Below, piece by piece: positions 20,254-29,404 of a DNA stretch of 64,000 nucleotides (position 1 is its first letter; every line of letters starts with the position of its first letter). The position numbers and the translations under genes are program-made. Location of the stretch: NCBI GenBank assembly GCA_963707505.1, contig CAVPQB010000001.1, forward strand, positions 1 to 64,000. Direction: 5' to 3'. The DNA is from an uncultured Gemmatimonadales bacterium (GTDB taxonomy: Bacteria > Gemmatimonadota > Gemmatimonadetes > Gemmatimonadales > Gemmatimonadaceae). Under the pieces are notes generated by a model. The model was not told the DNA's origin. It worked only from the letters and a program-made list of their open reading frames with translations, and did no database searches.

Positions 20254-21401
20254 GCGGTATGCACTACTTCAGCGAGCACGTCGAGTGCGCGATCTATATC
20301 ACCAGTCGTCGAATAGAAATGCGGCGCGAGCCGGATCACGTCGCCGCGTGCCGACGCGATGACGCCGCGCTCGCGCATCGCGTGCTCCACAGCGTGAGAA
20401 TCGCCAACGACAAACGCAGTCGTCGCGGTCTTCCGCCGTATGTCGTCCGAACCATGCAGCATGAGTCCGCGCGCTCGACCGCCGTCGATCAGACGCTGGC
20501 CCAGCTCGACGAGCCAGGCGCGGATGTTCGCCGGACCGAGCGTGTTGATGATCTCCATTCCGGCGCGCGCGACGTACGCGTTGATGACTGGCGGCGTGCC
20601 CGTGTCGAACCGGCTCGCCGTCGGCGACCAGTCGAGCGACCTGGCGTCGAATGCGAACGGATTGGCGCGACCGAACCAGCCGGTGACGCTCGGCTGCAGC
20701 GTGTCGACGATCTCCGGTCGCACATACATGAACGCGATACCGGGAATGCCCATGAGGAACTTCAGGTTTCCCGACGCCAGAAAATCCACGCCGAGCGCGC
20801 GCACGTCTATCGGAATAGTACCAAGTGACTGGTATGCATCGACGAACGACAGGGCGCCGGCGTCGCGCGCAATATTCGCGATGCGCGCTGAATCCTGTAT
20901 GAGACCGTTCATGTAATACGCGTGACACGCCGAGACGAGCGCAGTCTGGTCGTCGATGAGCGTGTCGTACGCGGATGCGTCAGCGTCGTCGCGCACGGGG
21001 ACCCACGACACCCGCGCGCCGCGCTGCTCCTGCGCCAGCCACACATGAGCTATCGTCGGAAACTCGGCGTCGCTCACGACTATGTTCGTGCGGCGACCCT
21101 GCAGTGTGAGCGCGCTCGCGACCGCGCTCGCCGCTTCAGAGACCGAGCTGAACACAGCGATATCGTCTGCTGTGGCCCCGATCAGTTTTGCGAATTCCGC
21201 CTTGGCCAGCGCGACCTCCGACATCCACGCGTCCCAATCCATGCCGCTGCCGTTCCACGAATCCAGATAGCGTTCGGCGGCGGCGCGCGTGGCGTCGGTC
21301 TGCGGCGCCTGCGAGCAGTTGTTCATCGGAATGCACGACGCGAGCAGCGGAATGCGCCTGCGCCATGCGTCGATGTCGTACGTCGGATGAGTGAGCGTCA
21401 C
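20250..21401 (-). CDS. class V PLP-dependent enzyme (kynureninase/cysteine desulfurase-like)
   Basis: EFPT, DAYQSLG, SGNLKFLMG (PLP Lys), VTGWFG, GTPP, RLAPHFY; GTG start overlaps the comE stop. Confidence 0.88.
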   Translation of the reverse strand: MTLTHPTYDIDAWRRRIPLLASCIPMNNCSQAPQTDATRAAAERYLDSWNGSGMDWDAWMSEVALAKAEFAKLIGATADDIAVFSSVSEAASAVASALTLQGRRTNIVVSDAEFPTIAHVWLAQEQRGARVSWVPVRDDADASAYDTLIDDQTALVSACHAYYMNGLIQDSARIANIARDAGALSFVDAYQSLGTIPIDVRALGVDFLASGNLKFLMGIPGIAFMYVRPEIVDTLQPSVTGWFGRANPFAFDARSLDWSPTASRFDTGTPPVINAYVARAGMEIINTLGPANIRAWLVELGQRLIDGGRARGLMLHGSDDIRRKTATTAFVVGDSHAVEHAMRERGVIASARGDVIRLAPHFYSTTGDIDRALDVLAEVVHTA

Positions 21402-21988
21402 GAGGCTTGTGCCGCAGCGCGTTTGCGATCCAGAATCCAGCGCCTGAAACGGAACGCGTTCTCGGGCAGTTGCAGATCCATCCCGTAGTGCTCGGGTCCG
21501 ACCGCGGCGACCTTTGCGACGATGACACTCAGATCGTCGCGCTCGAGCGCAGCGATAAATGCTTCGCCGAAACCGACCGCCGTGTCCACAGCGGCGACGT
21601 GCTCGATGCCGGCACCGCGCGCGATCGCGGCGATGTCGGTGATGCCGGAAGTCGTGTGCGAGTCGAAGCCGCCGGTGGAGAGCAGGCTGCCGTTGTCGAA
21701 TACTATATGAATGAGATTCTTCGGCCGGTACCGCGCGAGCGTTGCGAACGTCCCGAGGTTCATGAGCACCGAGCCATCGCCATCGAGTACGACGACACGC
21801 TCGGCGGGCAGATGCATCGCCAGTCCGAGACCAATGGATGATGCGAGTCCCATCGCGTGCTGCAGGTAGAAGAAGTTCTCGCGATGGCCAAGGTTGTAGA
21901 GCTCCTGGGCGGAGGCGCCCATGATCGTGACGACGAGCCTGTCCTCCAGCTCGGGATAGATCATCTCCAGACAGCGTGCGCGTTCCAT
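21398..21988 (-). CDS. comE: ThDP-dependent decarboxylase beta subunit (sulfopyruvate decarboxylase ComE-like)
   Basis: MGLASSIGLGLA and GDGSVLMNLG...FDNG ThDP motif; TGATG coupling with comD. Confidence 0.8.
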   Translation of the reverse strand: MERARCLEMIYPELEDRLVVTIMGASAQELYNLGHRENFFYLQHAMGLASSIGLGLAMHLPAERVVVLDGDGSVLMNLGTFATLARYRPKNLIHIVFDNGSLLSTGGFDSHTTSGITDIAAIARGAGIEHVAAVDTAVGFGEAFIAALERDDLSVIVAKVAAVGPEHYGMDLQLPENAFRFRRWILDRKRAAAQAS

Positions 21989-22497
21989 CAGTCCTCCATG
22001 AGATCGCGCGTGAGCAACAACGCGACCGGAGAGAGGGAGCTCTGCGAGAACGTCCACGCTTCGCGAATCTGTTTCGCCACCGTCGCCGGATCGCGCGCGT
22101 ACTCGAACGGAATGCCGAGCGCGCGCAGCATCGCTTCGGTGACGATGCCGCCGCGCGTGTGCCATGGATATGGCTCGCCCCAGTGCCCGCGCAGCGCGAC
22201 GAGCATGCAGAGCGGAACGTGATAGAGCTGAGCGAGCGATACGATACCGTTGATCGCGCCGAAGAAGCCGTGATTCTGCATGAGAAGCGCGTGCGGCGTG
22301 CCGGCGAAGTACGCGCCCGCCGCAATGCCGATCGCCTCTTCCTCCTTCGCGACCTGAACCAGCTGCATATCGGGATCGCTCTCCGCACGCTGGAGGAGCA
22401 GCCCGAGCCATGTTTCCGGGAGCGCCGAGATGGATTTGATACCGGCGGCCTTGATGCCGTCGAAGATGATCTTGCTGTTGTCGTACGAGACGGTCAT
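21988..22497 (-). CDS. comD: ThDP-dependent decarboxylase alpha subunit (sulfopyruvate decarboxylase ComD-like)
   Basis: LPETWL, KEEEAIGIAAGAYFAG, LLMQNHG, RGHWGE. Confidence 0.8.
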   Translation of the reverse strand: MTVSYDNSKIIFDGIKAAGIKSISALPETWLGLLLQRAESDPDMQLVQVAKEEEAIGIAAGAYFAGTPHALLMQNHGFFGAINGIVSLAQLYHVPLCMLVALRGHWGEPYPWHTRGGIVTEAMLRALGIPFEYARDPATVAKQIREAWTFSQSSLSPVALLLTRDLMED

Positions 22498-22594
22498 GAC
22501 GGTATGGCGGAAGGCGGATGACAGCTTCTATCACCCGCGCGAAGTATCGTGTGCATCGCGTGGCGTGTCGAGGCCCGCTGCGACCCCGACCGGC

Positions 22595-22612
22595 TTGCAC
22601 CAATTGGTGCAA
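22595..22612. promoter_or_regulatory. perfect 18-bp palindrome upstream of the comD operon
   Basis: TTGCACCAATTGGTGCAA, about 100 bp upstream of the comD start. Confidence 0.5.
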
Positions 22613-22771
22613 ATGGCCAGCGGTCGGTCTCACCATCCCTACGCGTGCTGCGGCCGGGCGCCGCCAAGGTTCAAATGAAGCACCGTGACCGGTCGGTGGC
22701 GTTCCACTACCATTTCATTACATCGCCGCGCCGCGGGATCTCGTACTTTCGTGAAGCTCCTCGCGCGTCGA

Positions 22772-22846
22772 AATGGAGCAGCGCACGTTGTCTGGAATCA
22801 CGGTCTCGACAGCGCGCTCGCCAGATCGACCGATGGCGGCAGGATC
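22772..22846 (+). pseudogene. remnant of a BNR/sialidase paralog
   Basis: NGAAHVVWNHGLDSALARSTDGGRI versus DGTVYVVWNQGLNITLAVSKDGGAT of the 24428 gene; 32/39 nt identical (22784-22822 vs 25142-25180). Confidence 0.6.
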
Positions 22847-22889
22847 TTGACGTGTGATTCTGGAGAATTGCTCATCTCAGGCGGAGATA

Positions 22890-23603
22890 ATGAAGCCGAA
22901 GAATCAGGTAAGGTTTGCATCCAGGTGCTGCGCTCTGACCGTTATCCTGGCCGCCGCGTGGACGGCACAAGCACAGGACATCAAAACTCCGTACCCGAGC
23001 ATGGCGCCGATCGGCCAGTACCTGATGGCACGATCCGCCGAGATAACGCTGGCGCGGAGCGCTGCGCCGGAAGCAATCTCGAGCGGCGCCGAGGTGATGG
23101 TCCTCGGATCGCATGGCTACGAAACCGCGGTAAAGGGCAGGAATGGTTTCGTGTGCGTGGTGGAACGTTCGTGGACCGCTGGGATCGACGATCCCGATTT
23201 CTGGAATCAGAAGATACGGGCACCGATCTGCTTCAACCCAGCGGCGGCACGAACTTACGTTCCGCTAACAATCAGGAAAACCAATTCGGTATTGGCAGCG
23301 CGATCGAAGGCCCGGATGTTCGCGGATATCAGGACAGCCTTCGACAGAAAGGAGTTGCCAGCCATCGAGGCTGGCGCGATGTGCTACATGATGTCGAAGC
23401 AGGGATACCTGAACGATCGCGATGGCCACTGGCATCCCCACCTCATGTTTTTCACGCCTCTCACGGAGACCGCATCCTGGGGTGCAGACGTGCCGGGATC
23501 GCCGCTCATAGGCTCGAAGGACGTCGAGGACAGATTGACCGTGTTTCTGCTTCCGATCGCGAAGTGGTCGGATGGTACAGCTGCGTCAACGGGTGCGCAC
23601 TGA
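22890..23603 (+). CDS. hypothetical secreted protein
   Basis: GGAG RBS; signal peptide ending AQA; LARSAAP, GFVCVVERSW, PICFN, AMCYMMSK, HWHPHLMFF. Confidence 0.8.
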   Translation: MKPKNQVRFASRCCALTVILAAAWTAQAQDIKTPYPSMAPIGQYLMARSAEITLARSAAPEAISSGAEVMVLGSHGYETAVKGRNGFVCVVERSWTAGIDDPDFWNQKIRAPICFNPAAARTYVPLTIRKTNSVLAARSKARMFADIRTAFDRKELPAIEAGAMCYMMSKQGYLNDRDGHWHPHLMFFTPLTETASWGADVPGSPLIGSKDVEDRLTVFLLPIAKWSDGTAASTGAH

Positions 23604-23629
23604 CGCGGGACACTGACGTGGGATGAAGC

Positions 23630-23673
23630 GGGGCCGGGTCCTGCTCTCTCGGCACGGAGCAAGACCCGCCACC
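23630..23673. repeat. degenerate short copy of REP-like family A or terminator-like hairpin between convergent genes
   Basis: GGGGCCGGGTCCTGCTC...GCACGGAGCAAGACCCG versus consensus GGGGTCAGGTCTTGCGC...GCACGGCGCAAGACCTG. Confidence 0.45.
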
Positions 23674-23717
23674 TGCGCTAGCCGCGTGGGTAACCGCGTC
23701 AGCGGCTCCACGCGCGC

Positions 23718-24140
23718 TCAAGGCGTCTGGGTGGCCTGCCAGGAGTCCAGGGATCCGCCGCCGATCGCGATACCGCAGGTGTAAGTGCCCTGTCCGAAGT
23801 TCGACCCGGACTGCGCGGACGCATTCATGTTTCCAGTCCAGGTGGCCGTGCTGCTGTTGATCGGACATGGCGTCTGGAACTGGATGGCGCCGAAGTGGTC
23901 CACGCTTCCTGAAGACAGCCCATCACTGCTGCTAACGACGCCACCGTTGATGTAGAGATACCGCGTCAGTGTGCGCGACGCGGTGCCGGATGGGCTGGGA
24001 TACTTGAAGAAGAAGTTGTACGACCCATTGAATTGCGCGACGCCGCTCGGCGTCGTGGGTCCGTTCACACCAGCCGAGCAACCTGCGAGCACAAGAAGCG
24101 ACAGGACGACAACCACGGACCTCATCGGACGTTGGTTCAT
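23718..24140 (-). CDS. hypothetical lipoprotein
   Basis: Lipobox LAGC after a hydrophobic stretch; Ser/Thr/Gly-rich beta domain. Confidence 0.75.
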   Translation of the reverse strand: MNQRPMRSVVVVLSLLVLAGCSAGVNGPTTPSGVAQFNGSYNFFFKYPSPSGTASRTLTRYLYINGGVVSSSDGLSSGSVDHFGAIQFQTPCPINSSTATWTGNMNASAQSGSNFGQGTYTCGIAIGGGSLDSWQATQTP

Positions 24141-24275
24141 CTCGGATCACTCCACAGTACAGACGGTGTAGGCGGGCCCGCCGCCGGGGGCAATCAATTG
24201 GGCGAGCAAGTATAGGTGAGCCGGGCCGTGTTCACCACAGTTTTCTTTTTCGCAGGTGGTGGGGTGTGGTGGTGG

Positions 24276-24369
24276 GGGTCAGGTCTTGCGCCGTGCGCCG
24301 GAGCCGGTGATTACAGCCTTTTGCTACACCCTGCGTTGGTTAGACCGCGCACGGCGCAAGACCTGACCC
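24276..24369. repeat. REP/MITE-like element, family A, copy 1
   Basis: Perfect 23-bp inverted arms GGGTCAGGTCTTGCGCCGTGCGC (24276-24298 and 24347-24369); second full copy at 53803. Confidence 0.85.
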
Positions 24370-24427
24370 TCGGCGCGAGAGAGATCGTATATTGTATCCA
24401 TAACTGGACCCTACGAGGAATGTGTAG

Positions 24428-25813
24428 ATGACCGTGATCGCCTCCCGCATCATCGCCGCGACACTGCTGGTAGCACCCATTGCCGCTACTGCCCAATCGT
24501 CGCTGCCACGCGCGCCCGGAGCGCGCATCGTCACGGTGACACCCGAGGGCAAGACTGGAAGCGAGCCCTCGATCGCGATCAATCACTTCAGTCCCAACCA
24601 GATAGCCGTTACAGCCGGCGGCGGGCTGCTGGCCTACTCCACCGATTCGGCCCGGACCTTCACCACGGTGAATCCCGCCGGCGAAGGCGGGACCACCGGT
24701 GGTGATCCGTCGATGACATTCGACGACAAGGGCAATCTCTACTTCTCATATCTCGCATTCCGTAAGCTCGGGACTGCGTCCTACTGGGCCCACGGCGCCA
24801 CCGAAAATGGCGTCTGGGTAGTGCGCTCACCCGACGGCGGAAAGACGTGGAAGAAGCCAGTGGGCGCGAAGACGTGGACTGGACACGAGAGCAACATCAA
24901 GTTCGAGGACATGCCGCGCATCTGGGCGGACCAGAACGAGAAGAGTCCGCATCGCGGCAATCTCTACTATGCGTGGATCGAGTGGGGTCTCGATAATTCG
25001 ATAGTTCTGTACTCACGCTCGACTGATCAGGGCGCAACCTGGTCCAAGCCCGTGCGCATCAGCACGATCGCAGGCTATCCGCGCGACGACAACGGATCGG
25101 TAGTCGGAATCATCGGAACGGTCGCGCCCGACGGAACCGTGTACGTCGTCTGGAATCAGGGACTCAACATCACGCTCGCCGTATCAAAGGACGGAGGTGC
25201 GACCTTCGCGCCGTCCAGGCCGATCATCGACGTGGGACCGCCGTACTTCGGCGGAACGGGCGGTGTTCCGGGTGTCGCGAGAACGATGGGCTTTCCGCAG
25301 ATAAGCCTGGACAGGAAGTCGGGCGAGCTGTACGTGACCTGGAGTGATTTCAGGAACGGCGACGTGGATGTGTTCATCTCACGCTCGTCCGATCACGGAA
25401 AGACATGGACGCCCGCGATGCGCGTGAACGACGATCCGATTCACGACGGAAACGATCAGTTCTTCCAGTGGATGGCGGTGGATCCCGTCAACGGTGACGT
25501 GTATGTGCAGTTCTACGACCGTCGCGACGATCCCGAGAACAGGAACACCCGCCTTACACTCGCGCGCTCGACAGATGGCGGAAAGACGTTCAGGAACTAC
25601 GACTGGTCGGATCGTTCATTCGCCGGCGAGAATGCGAGTCTTGGCGATTACATGTGGATGGTGGCGTACGACGGACGCGTGTACGGCGTCTGGGCCGAAG
25701 CTGCGCCGGAAGGATATCAGGTGACTCCGAATCAGAATCGTCCTGCGCCGACGGTTAGGCGCACACCGACAATCTTCAGAGTGGGAACGGCGGATTTTCA
25801 CGGGATGAAGTAA
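24428..25813 (+). CDS. sialidase-like BNR/Asp-box repeat protein, secreted
   Basis: Signal peptide; Asp-boxes RSPDGGKTW, RSTDQGATW, SKDGGATF, SSDHGKTW, RSTDGGKTF; GDY. Confidence 0.88.
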   Translation: MTVIASRIIAATLLVAPIAATAQSSLPRAPGARIVTVTPEGKTGSEPSIAINHFSPNQIAVTAGGGLLAYSTDSARTFTTVNPAGEGGTTGGDPSMTFDDKGNLYFSYLAFRKLGTASYWAHGATENGVWVVRSPDGGKTWKKPVGAKTWTGHESNIKFEDMPRIWADQNEKSPHRGNLYYAWIEWGLDNSIVLYSRSTDQGATWSKPVRISTIAGYPRDDNGSVVGIIGTVAPDGTVYVVWNQGLNITLAVSKDGGATFAPSRPIIDVGPPYFGGTGGVPGVARTMGFPQISLDRKSGELYVTWSDFRNGDVDVFISRSSDHGKTWTPAMRVNDDPIHDGNDQFFQWMAVDPVNGDVYVQFYDRRDDPENRNTRLTLARSTDGGKTFRNYDWSDRSFAGENASLGDYMWMVAYDGRVYGVWAEAAPEGYQVTPNQNRPAPTVRRTPTIFRVGTADFHGMK

Positions 25814-25847
25814 AGGGAGACTTCACCTCGTGCATCGTGCCTGACAC

Positions 25848-27281
25848 TCACTGCTCCGGTGTCGGCACGTTGGGCTGCACGTAGGTCTTCCGAAGGGCAT
25901 CGAGATACTCGCCGTGGAGCGCGCGCGTCGTGTCGAATTCGCGCTTCACGATCGCGCGGTACTCCGGATGGGTCGCGAAGTCGAACAGCAGCGCGGACAT
26001 CGCCTGCGCATCGACGACGAAACCACTGTGCCCGACGTCCGTCAGCGCGTCGGCTTCCATCTCGTACGTGTGATTTGGCGCGTTCGACGTTTTGGCCTGG
26101 AACCCCACTCCAGGAATGGCGCTCGAGACGCTCCCGGTCTCTTCGTAGCCCTGCGGCTTGCCAGGCTCGGGCACAACACCAGCAGCGCCGTACTTCTTCA
26201 TGTACGCGAACGCTACCTCGTTGAGCGCGCCCACGCCGATGCCATCGCGATCGGCGCCATAGTGCTCGATCTTTACCTTCGTTCCTGTTGCGAGCGCCGC
26301 TGCGCGCGCAGCGTCGTCGACGATCTTCGACACTTGCGCGAGGTAGACTTCGTCGGGATAGCGAATGTAGAAGTCAGCGACGGCTCTATCCGGTACGACG
26401 TTCGGTGCAGTGCCACCCTCGGTGATGACGCCCTGGATTCGCGTTTCCGGACGCATGTTGCTGCGCATGGCGTCGATGTTGTTGAACAGGTGGATCACAG
26501 CCGTGAGCGCGTTGCGCCCGTTCCATGCCGTGAGCTGGTGCGCTGGCGCGCCGCTGAACATGTACTTGACGCCGTCGATGTTCATGCAGCACGTGCCAAA
26601 GCCGGCGGCAGGGCGGCTCGTCGCGCTCGACGAGTGGCTTCGTACAAGAATGTCCATTCCGTCGAAGACTTTCGATTCGTACATCACGGTCTTCGCGTTC
26701 GGCGGCATCATCTCCTCGCCCGGAGTGCCGAACACTGTCACCGTTCCCGGTGTTCCGGTTCTTGAAAGGAATTCCGCGATCGCGATCGCCGCAGCCATAC
26801 CGATCGGTCCCTGGGTGCTGTGCTGATCGCCGTGAAATGCGCCCTTCGTTCCGCGCAGGGCGTCGTACTCGACGATGACACCCAGCCTTGGCCCACCATG
26901 GCTCTTCGTGTAGTGCGCGACAAACGCAGTCGGTAGACCGGGTGTTCCCATCTGCACGGTGAAGTCGTGCTGCTTGAGATAGTCGGTGAGCAACTGCACC
27001 GAGCGCTTCTCCTCGAAACCAATTTCGGGGTGCCGCGTGATGTCGTCGCCGAGTGCAAGCAGCTCGGTGTCCATCAGTTGCTTCGCTCGAGCCACGACCT
27101 GATCCCGAGCCGCGTTCTGACCCGTAAGCCGCGCGACGAGTGCAGGGAGTTTGAGCGAGCTCTGGAGCGAGTCCAGTTGCCGAACGACGACGCGCGCCGA
27201 TTCGCGCTCGGTCGGCGTTTCCTGCGCGCTGAGAGCAAATGGGACGAGGAGTGCGAGCGAGGCAAATGGAAAGATGCGCAT
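25848..27281 (-). CDS. M20 family peptidase/amidohydrolase with dimerisation domain, secreted
   Basis: HPEIGFEE, EYDAL, GTPGEE, GAPAH...WNGRNAL, GGTAPNVVPD; signal peptide. Confidence 0.88.
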   Translation of the reverse strand: MRIFPFASLALLVPFALSAQETPTERESARVVVRQLDSLQSSLKLPALVARLTGQNAARDQVVARAKQLMDTELLALGDDITRHPEIGFEEKRSVQLLTDYLKQHDFTVQMGTPGLPTAFVAHYTKSHGGPRLGVIVEYDALRGTKGAFHGDQHSTQGPIGMAAAIAIAEFLSRTGTPGTVTVFGTPGEEMMPPNAKTVMYESKVFDGMDILVRSHSSSATSRPAAGFGTCCMNIDGVKYMFSGAPAHQLTAWNGRNALTAVIHLFNNIDAMRSNMRPETRIQGVITEGGTAPNVVPDRAVADFYIRYPDEVYLAQVSKIVDDAARAAALATGTKVKIEHYGADRDGIGVGALNEVAFAYMKKYGAAGVVPEPGKPQGYEETGSVSSAIPGVGFQAKTSNAPNHTYEMEADALTDVGHSGFVVDAQAMSALLFDFATHPEYRAIVKREFDTTRALHGEYLDALRKTYVQPNVPTPEQ

Positions 27282-27367
27282 TGGCAGGCAGAGGAAGTGG
27301 GAAAACGTGTCCGAATGTGGCAGAGACGTGCGTCGACGTCAATACCAGTGAAGTCTGCCATCGCCTC

Positions 27368-27394
27368 ACCGCGCACGACGCAAGACCTGACCCC
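27368..27394. repeat. REP-like family A half-site
   Basis: ACCGCGCACGACGCAAGACCTGACCCC matches the right arm of the element with 1 mismatch. Confidence 0.7.
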
Positions 27395-27524
27395 AAACAA
27401 AACCAATTTGTCGGCCGCAGCATCCAATGTGTTGACGTCGCTTTGCTGAAGATCCCCTATCACTAACCATGCAGTGAAATCACCGTTGTCCATATTTCTG
27501 CGCTGTACCAGGTCGCGGGGCACC

Positions 27525-28631
27525 GTGTCCATCGCCAAAATCGTCCCACTGCCTGCGATACTCGTCTTTCTGGCCGCCTTCGTTGCGTGCGCGCGTACCA
27601 GCGTCAACGCCAATCCCACAACCGAGCGCACACCTCAGCGTGTGGACGTGACGCTCGTCACCGACGAGGTCGACGCTGCGCTCAGCATCATCCGGAGCGC
27701 CGCGTCTGGTGAAACACCGACCGCTCGACAATGGTCTGCGCTCTTTGGATCGCAGGGTTACGATCATCTCAAGGAGCGTGAAGCGGCGATGGGCAGGGCG
27801 TTTACAGATTCGTCATTTGCGCAGTTCCTTACCGCGGATTCCGTAGCAGCTCGGTTGCCCGCAATAGCGCGTGTGATACCAGAGCTCGAACGCACCGATG
27901 TCACCGCTGCTGCGCGCATGGCGCTCGCGTATCTGCCAGCGGGGACGCCAATTCGTGCGCGCCTCTATCTCGAGATCAAACCTCACACCAACAGCTTCGT
28001 GTTCACCGGAAGGGACTCGGTCCCGTCCATCTTCATCTATGTGAAGACCGATGAAACTGCGGCCCAGCTCAATAACACACTCGCTCACGAGCTGCACCAC
28101 ATCGGCACGAATGCAGCCTGTCGCGACGCATCGAGTGCCGATTCGACGCACACGACGCCAGCGGAGCGCATGCTGCTCGAGTACCTCACCGCATTCGGCG
28201 AAGGGCGCGCAATGCTCGCCGCTGCTGGTAGTCCCGACACACATCCTCACGCAACCGATGCGGATTCAATTCGCGCGCGGTGGGATCGCGATGTCGCGCA
28301 TGCACCAGAAGACATTGCCGACTTATCCGGATTCATTACCGATGTAATATCCGGTCGAATCGCGACAGCAGACTCTGTCCGGCGCCGCGGCAACTCGTAT
28401 TTCGGAGTGCAGGGACCGTGGTACACAGTCGGCTGGCTCATGGCATCGACGGTCGAGCGTGAGGCGGGGCGTAACGCACTGATCGGCACGCTTTGCAATC
28501 CGGTCGGTTTTCTGTCGCAGTACAATCACGCCGCGCAACGATCGAACTTGACGAAAGGCACAAGGCTTCCGCTCTGGCCCGCGCCGTTGATCGACACACT
28601 CTCGAGGATGGCTGACATACAGCGCCATTGA
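27525..28631 (+). CDS. putative Zn-dependent protease lipoprotein (DUF5700-like)
   Basis: Lipobox FVAC; IKPHTNSFVF; AHELHHIG; EGRAMLAAAG; QGPWYTVGW; start uncertain (27474 or 27525). Confidence 0.75.
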   Translation: MSIAKIVPLPAILVFLAAFVACARTSVNANPTTERTPQRVDVTLVTDEVDAALSIIRSAASGETPTARQWSALFGSQGYDHLKEREAAMGRAFTDSSFAQFLTADSVAARLPAIARVIPELERTDVTAAARMALAYLPAGTPIRARLYLEIKPHTNSFVFTGRDSVPSIFIYVKTDETAAQLNNTLAHELHHIGTNAACRDASSADSTHTTPAERMLLEYLTAFGEGRAMLAAAGSPDTHPHATDADSIRARWDRDVAHAPEDIADLSGFITDVISGRIATADSVRRRGNSYFGVQGPWYTVGWLMASTVEREAGRNALIGTLCNPVGFLSQYNHAAQRSNLTKGTRLPLWPAPLIDTLSRMADIQRH

Positions 28632-28860
28632 ATTGCGGTTATCGGAATACGCCACCAGAGTGCATCAGGAGCGGTCGTCCGCCTGGTCCTCCGCCTGCTA
28701 CCTCCTGACCGATATCCGTTATAATACGTTCTGTGACATGTACGTTCGCGAACCTCGCCACGGAGGATCTGTTCAGTGGCATCGACACCCGCCGCGCGTG
28801 CCATCGCCAAGCTCGCACCGTTGCCCAGGGCGAGCTGAACCCGTCGATCTGGATCGATCA

Positions 28861-29352
28861 TTGGAACGAGATCATGCAACTGCGCCATGGCGCGCCATCC
28901 TAGCCTCGTCAGTCGACTGGCGCGAAGCGCACGCGACGTTCGATGACGCAGTCGCGGGGCTGAGCGCCGAGCTTCGCGGCCGCCGCCCCGAGTGCTACCC
29001 ACACTCCGCGTGGGAGCTGGTGGAACACATTCGACTGGCGCAGGCGGATCTCGTCGCGTTCATGCAGAACGCATCGTACACCGCACCAAAGTGGCCCGAC
29101 GACTACTGGCCGTCGGAGCCGGCACCGCCAACTGCCATAGCCTGGGATGAAAGCATCGCGGCTGTGCGGCGCGATCGCGAGGAGCTCAAGGCGATCGCCA
29201 CGCGTCCGTCGCTCGATCTCACCGCGACGATCCCGTGGGGTGATGGACAGACCTATCTGCGCACGATCCTCGTCGCGATCGACCACACTGCATATCATGT
29301 CGGTCAACTGATCGCAGTGCGCCTCATGCTCGGCGCATGGCCCGCTGCGTGA
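28861..29352 (+). CDS. DinB family protein
   Basis: HSAWELVEHIR, WPDDYWP, DHTAYHVGQL; start uncertain. Confidence 0.85.
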   Translation: MERDHATAPWRAILASSVDWREAHATFDDAVAGLSAELRGRRPECYPHSAWELVEHIRLAQADLVAFMQNASYTAPKWPDDYWPSEPAPPTAIAWDESIAAVRRDREELKAIATRPSLDLTATIPWGDGQTYLRTILVAIDHTAYHVGQLIAVRLMLGAWPAA

Positions 29353-29404
29353 TCGCGCAATCATCGCTCATACGTCGACGGCGACAAGACTCACATCGAC
29401 CCCG

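Noticed and set aside
21398..22497. Phosphonate or coenzyme M biosynthetic cluster
   Set aside because: No PEP mutase, ComA/B/C, cysteate synthase or nucleotidyltransferase in the window
20250..22636. 712-aa and 412-aa ORFs suggesting large fusion proteins
   Set aside because: Their N-terminal extensions are off-frame read-through of comE/comD. The starts at 21401 and 21988 coincide with stop/start overlaps.
22685..23626. 313-aa ORF as a real gene
   Set aside because: It overlaps the better-supported 22890-23603 gene in another frame; only a 25-codon BNR remnant looks meaningful
24240..24370. CRISPR array or G-quadruplex at the G-rich tract and repeat
   Set aside because: No regularly spaced direct repeats or cas genes; the G-tract is short and otherwise unsupported
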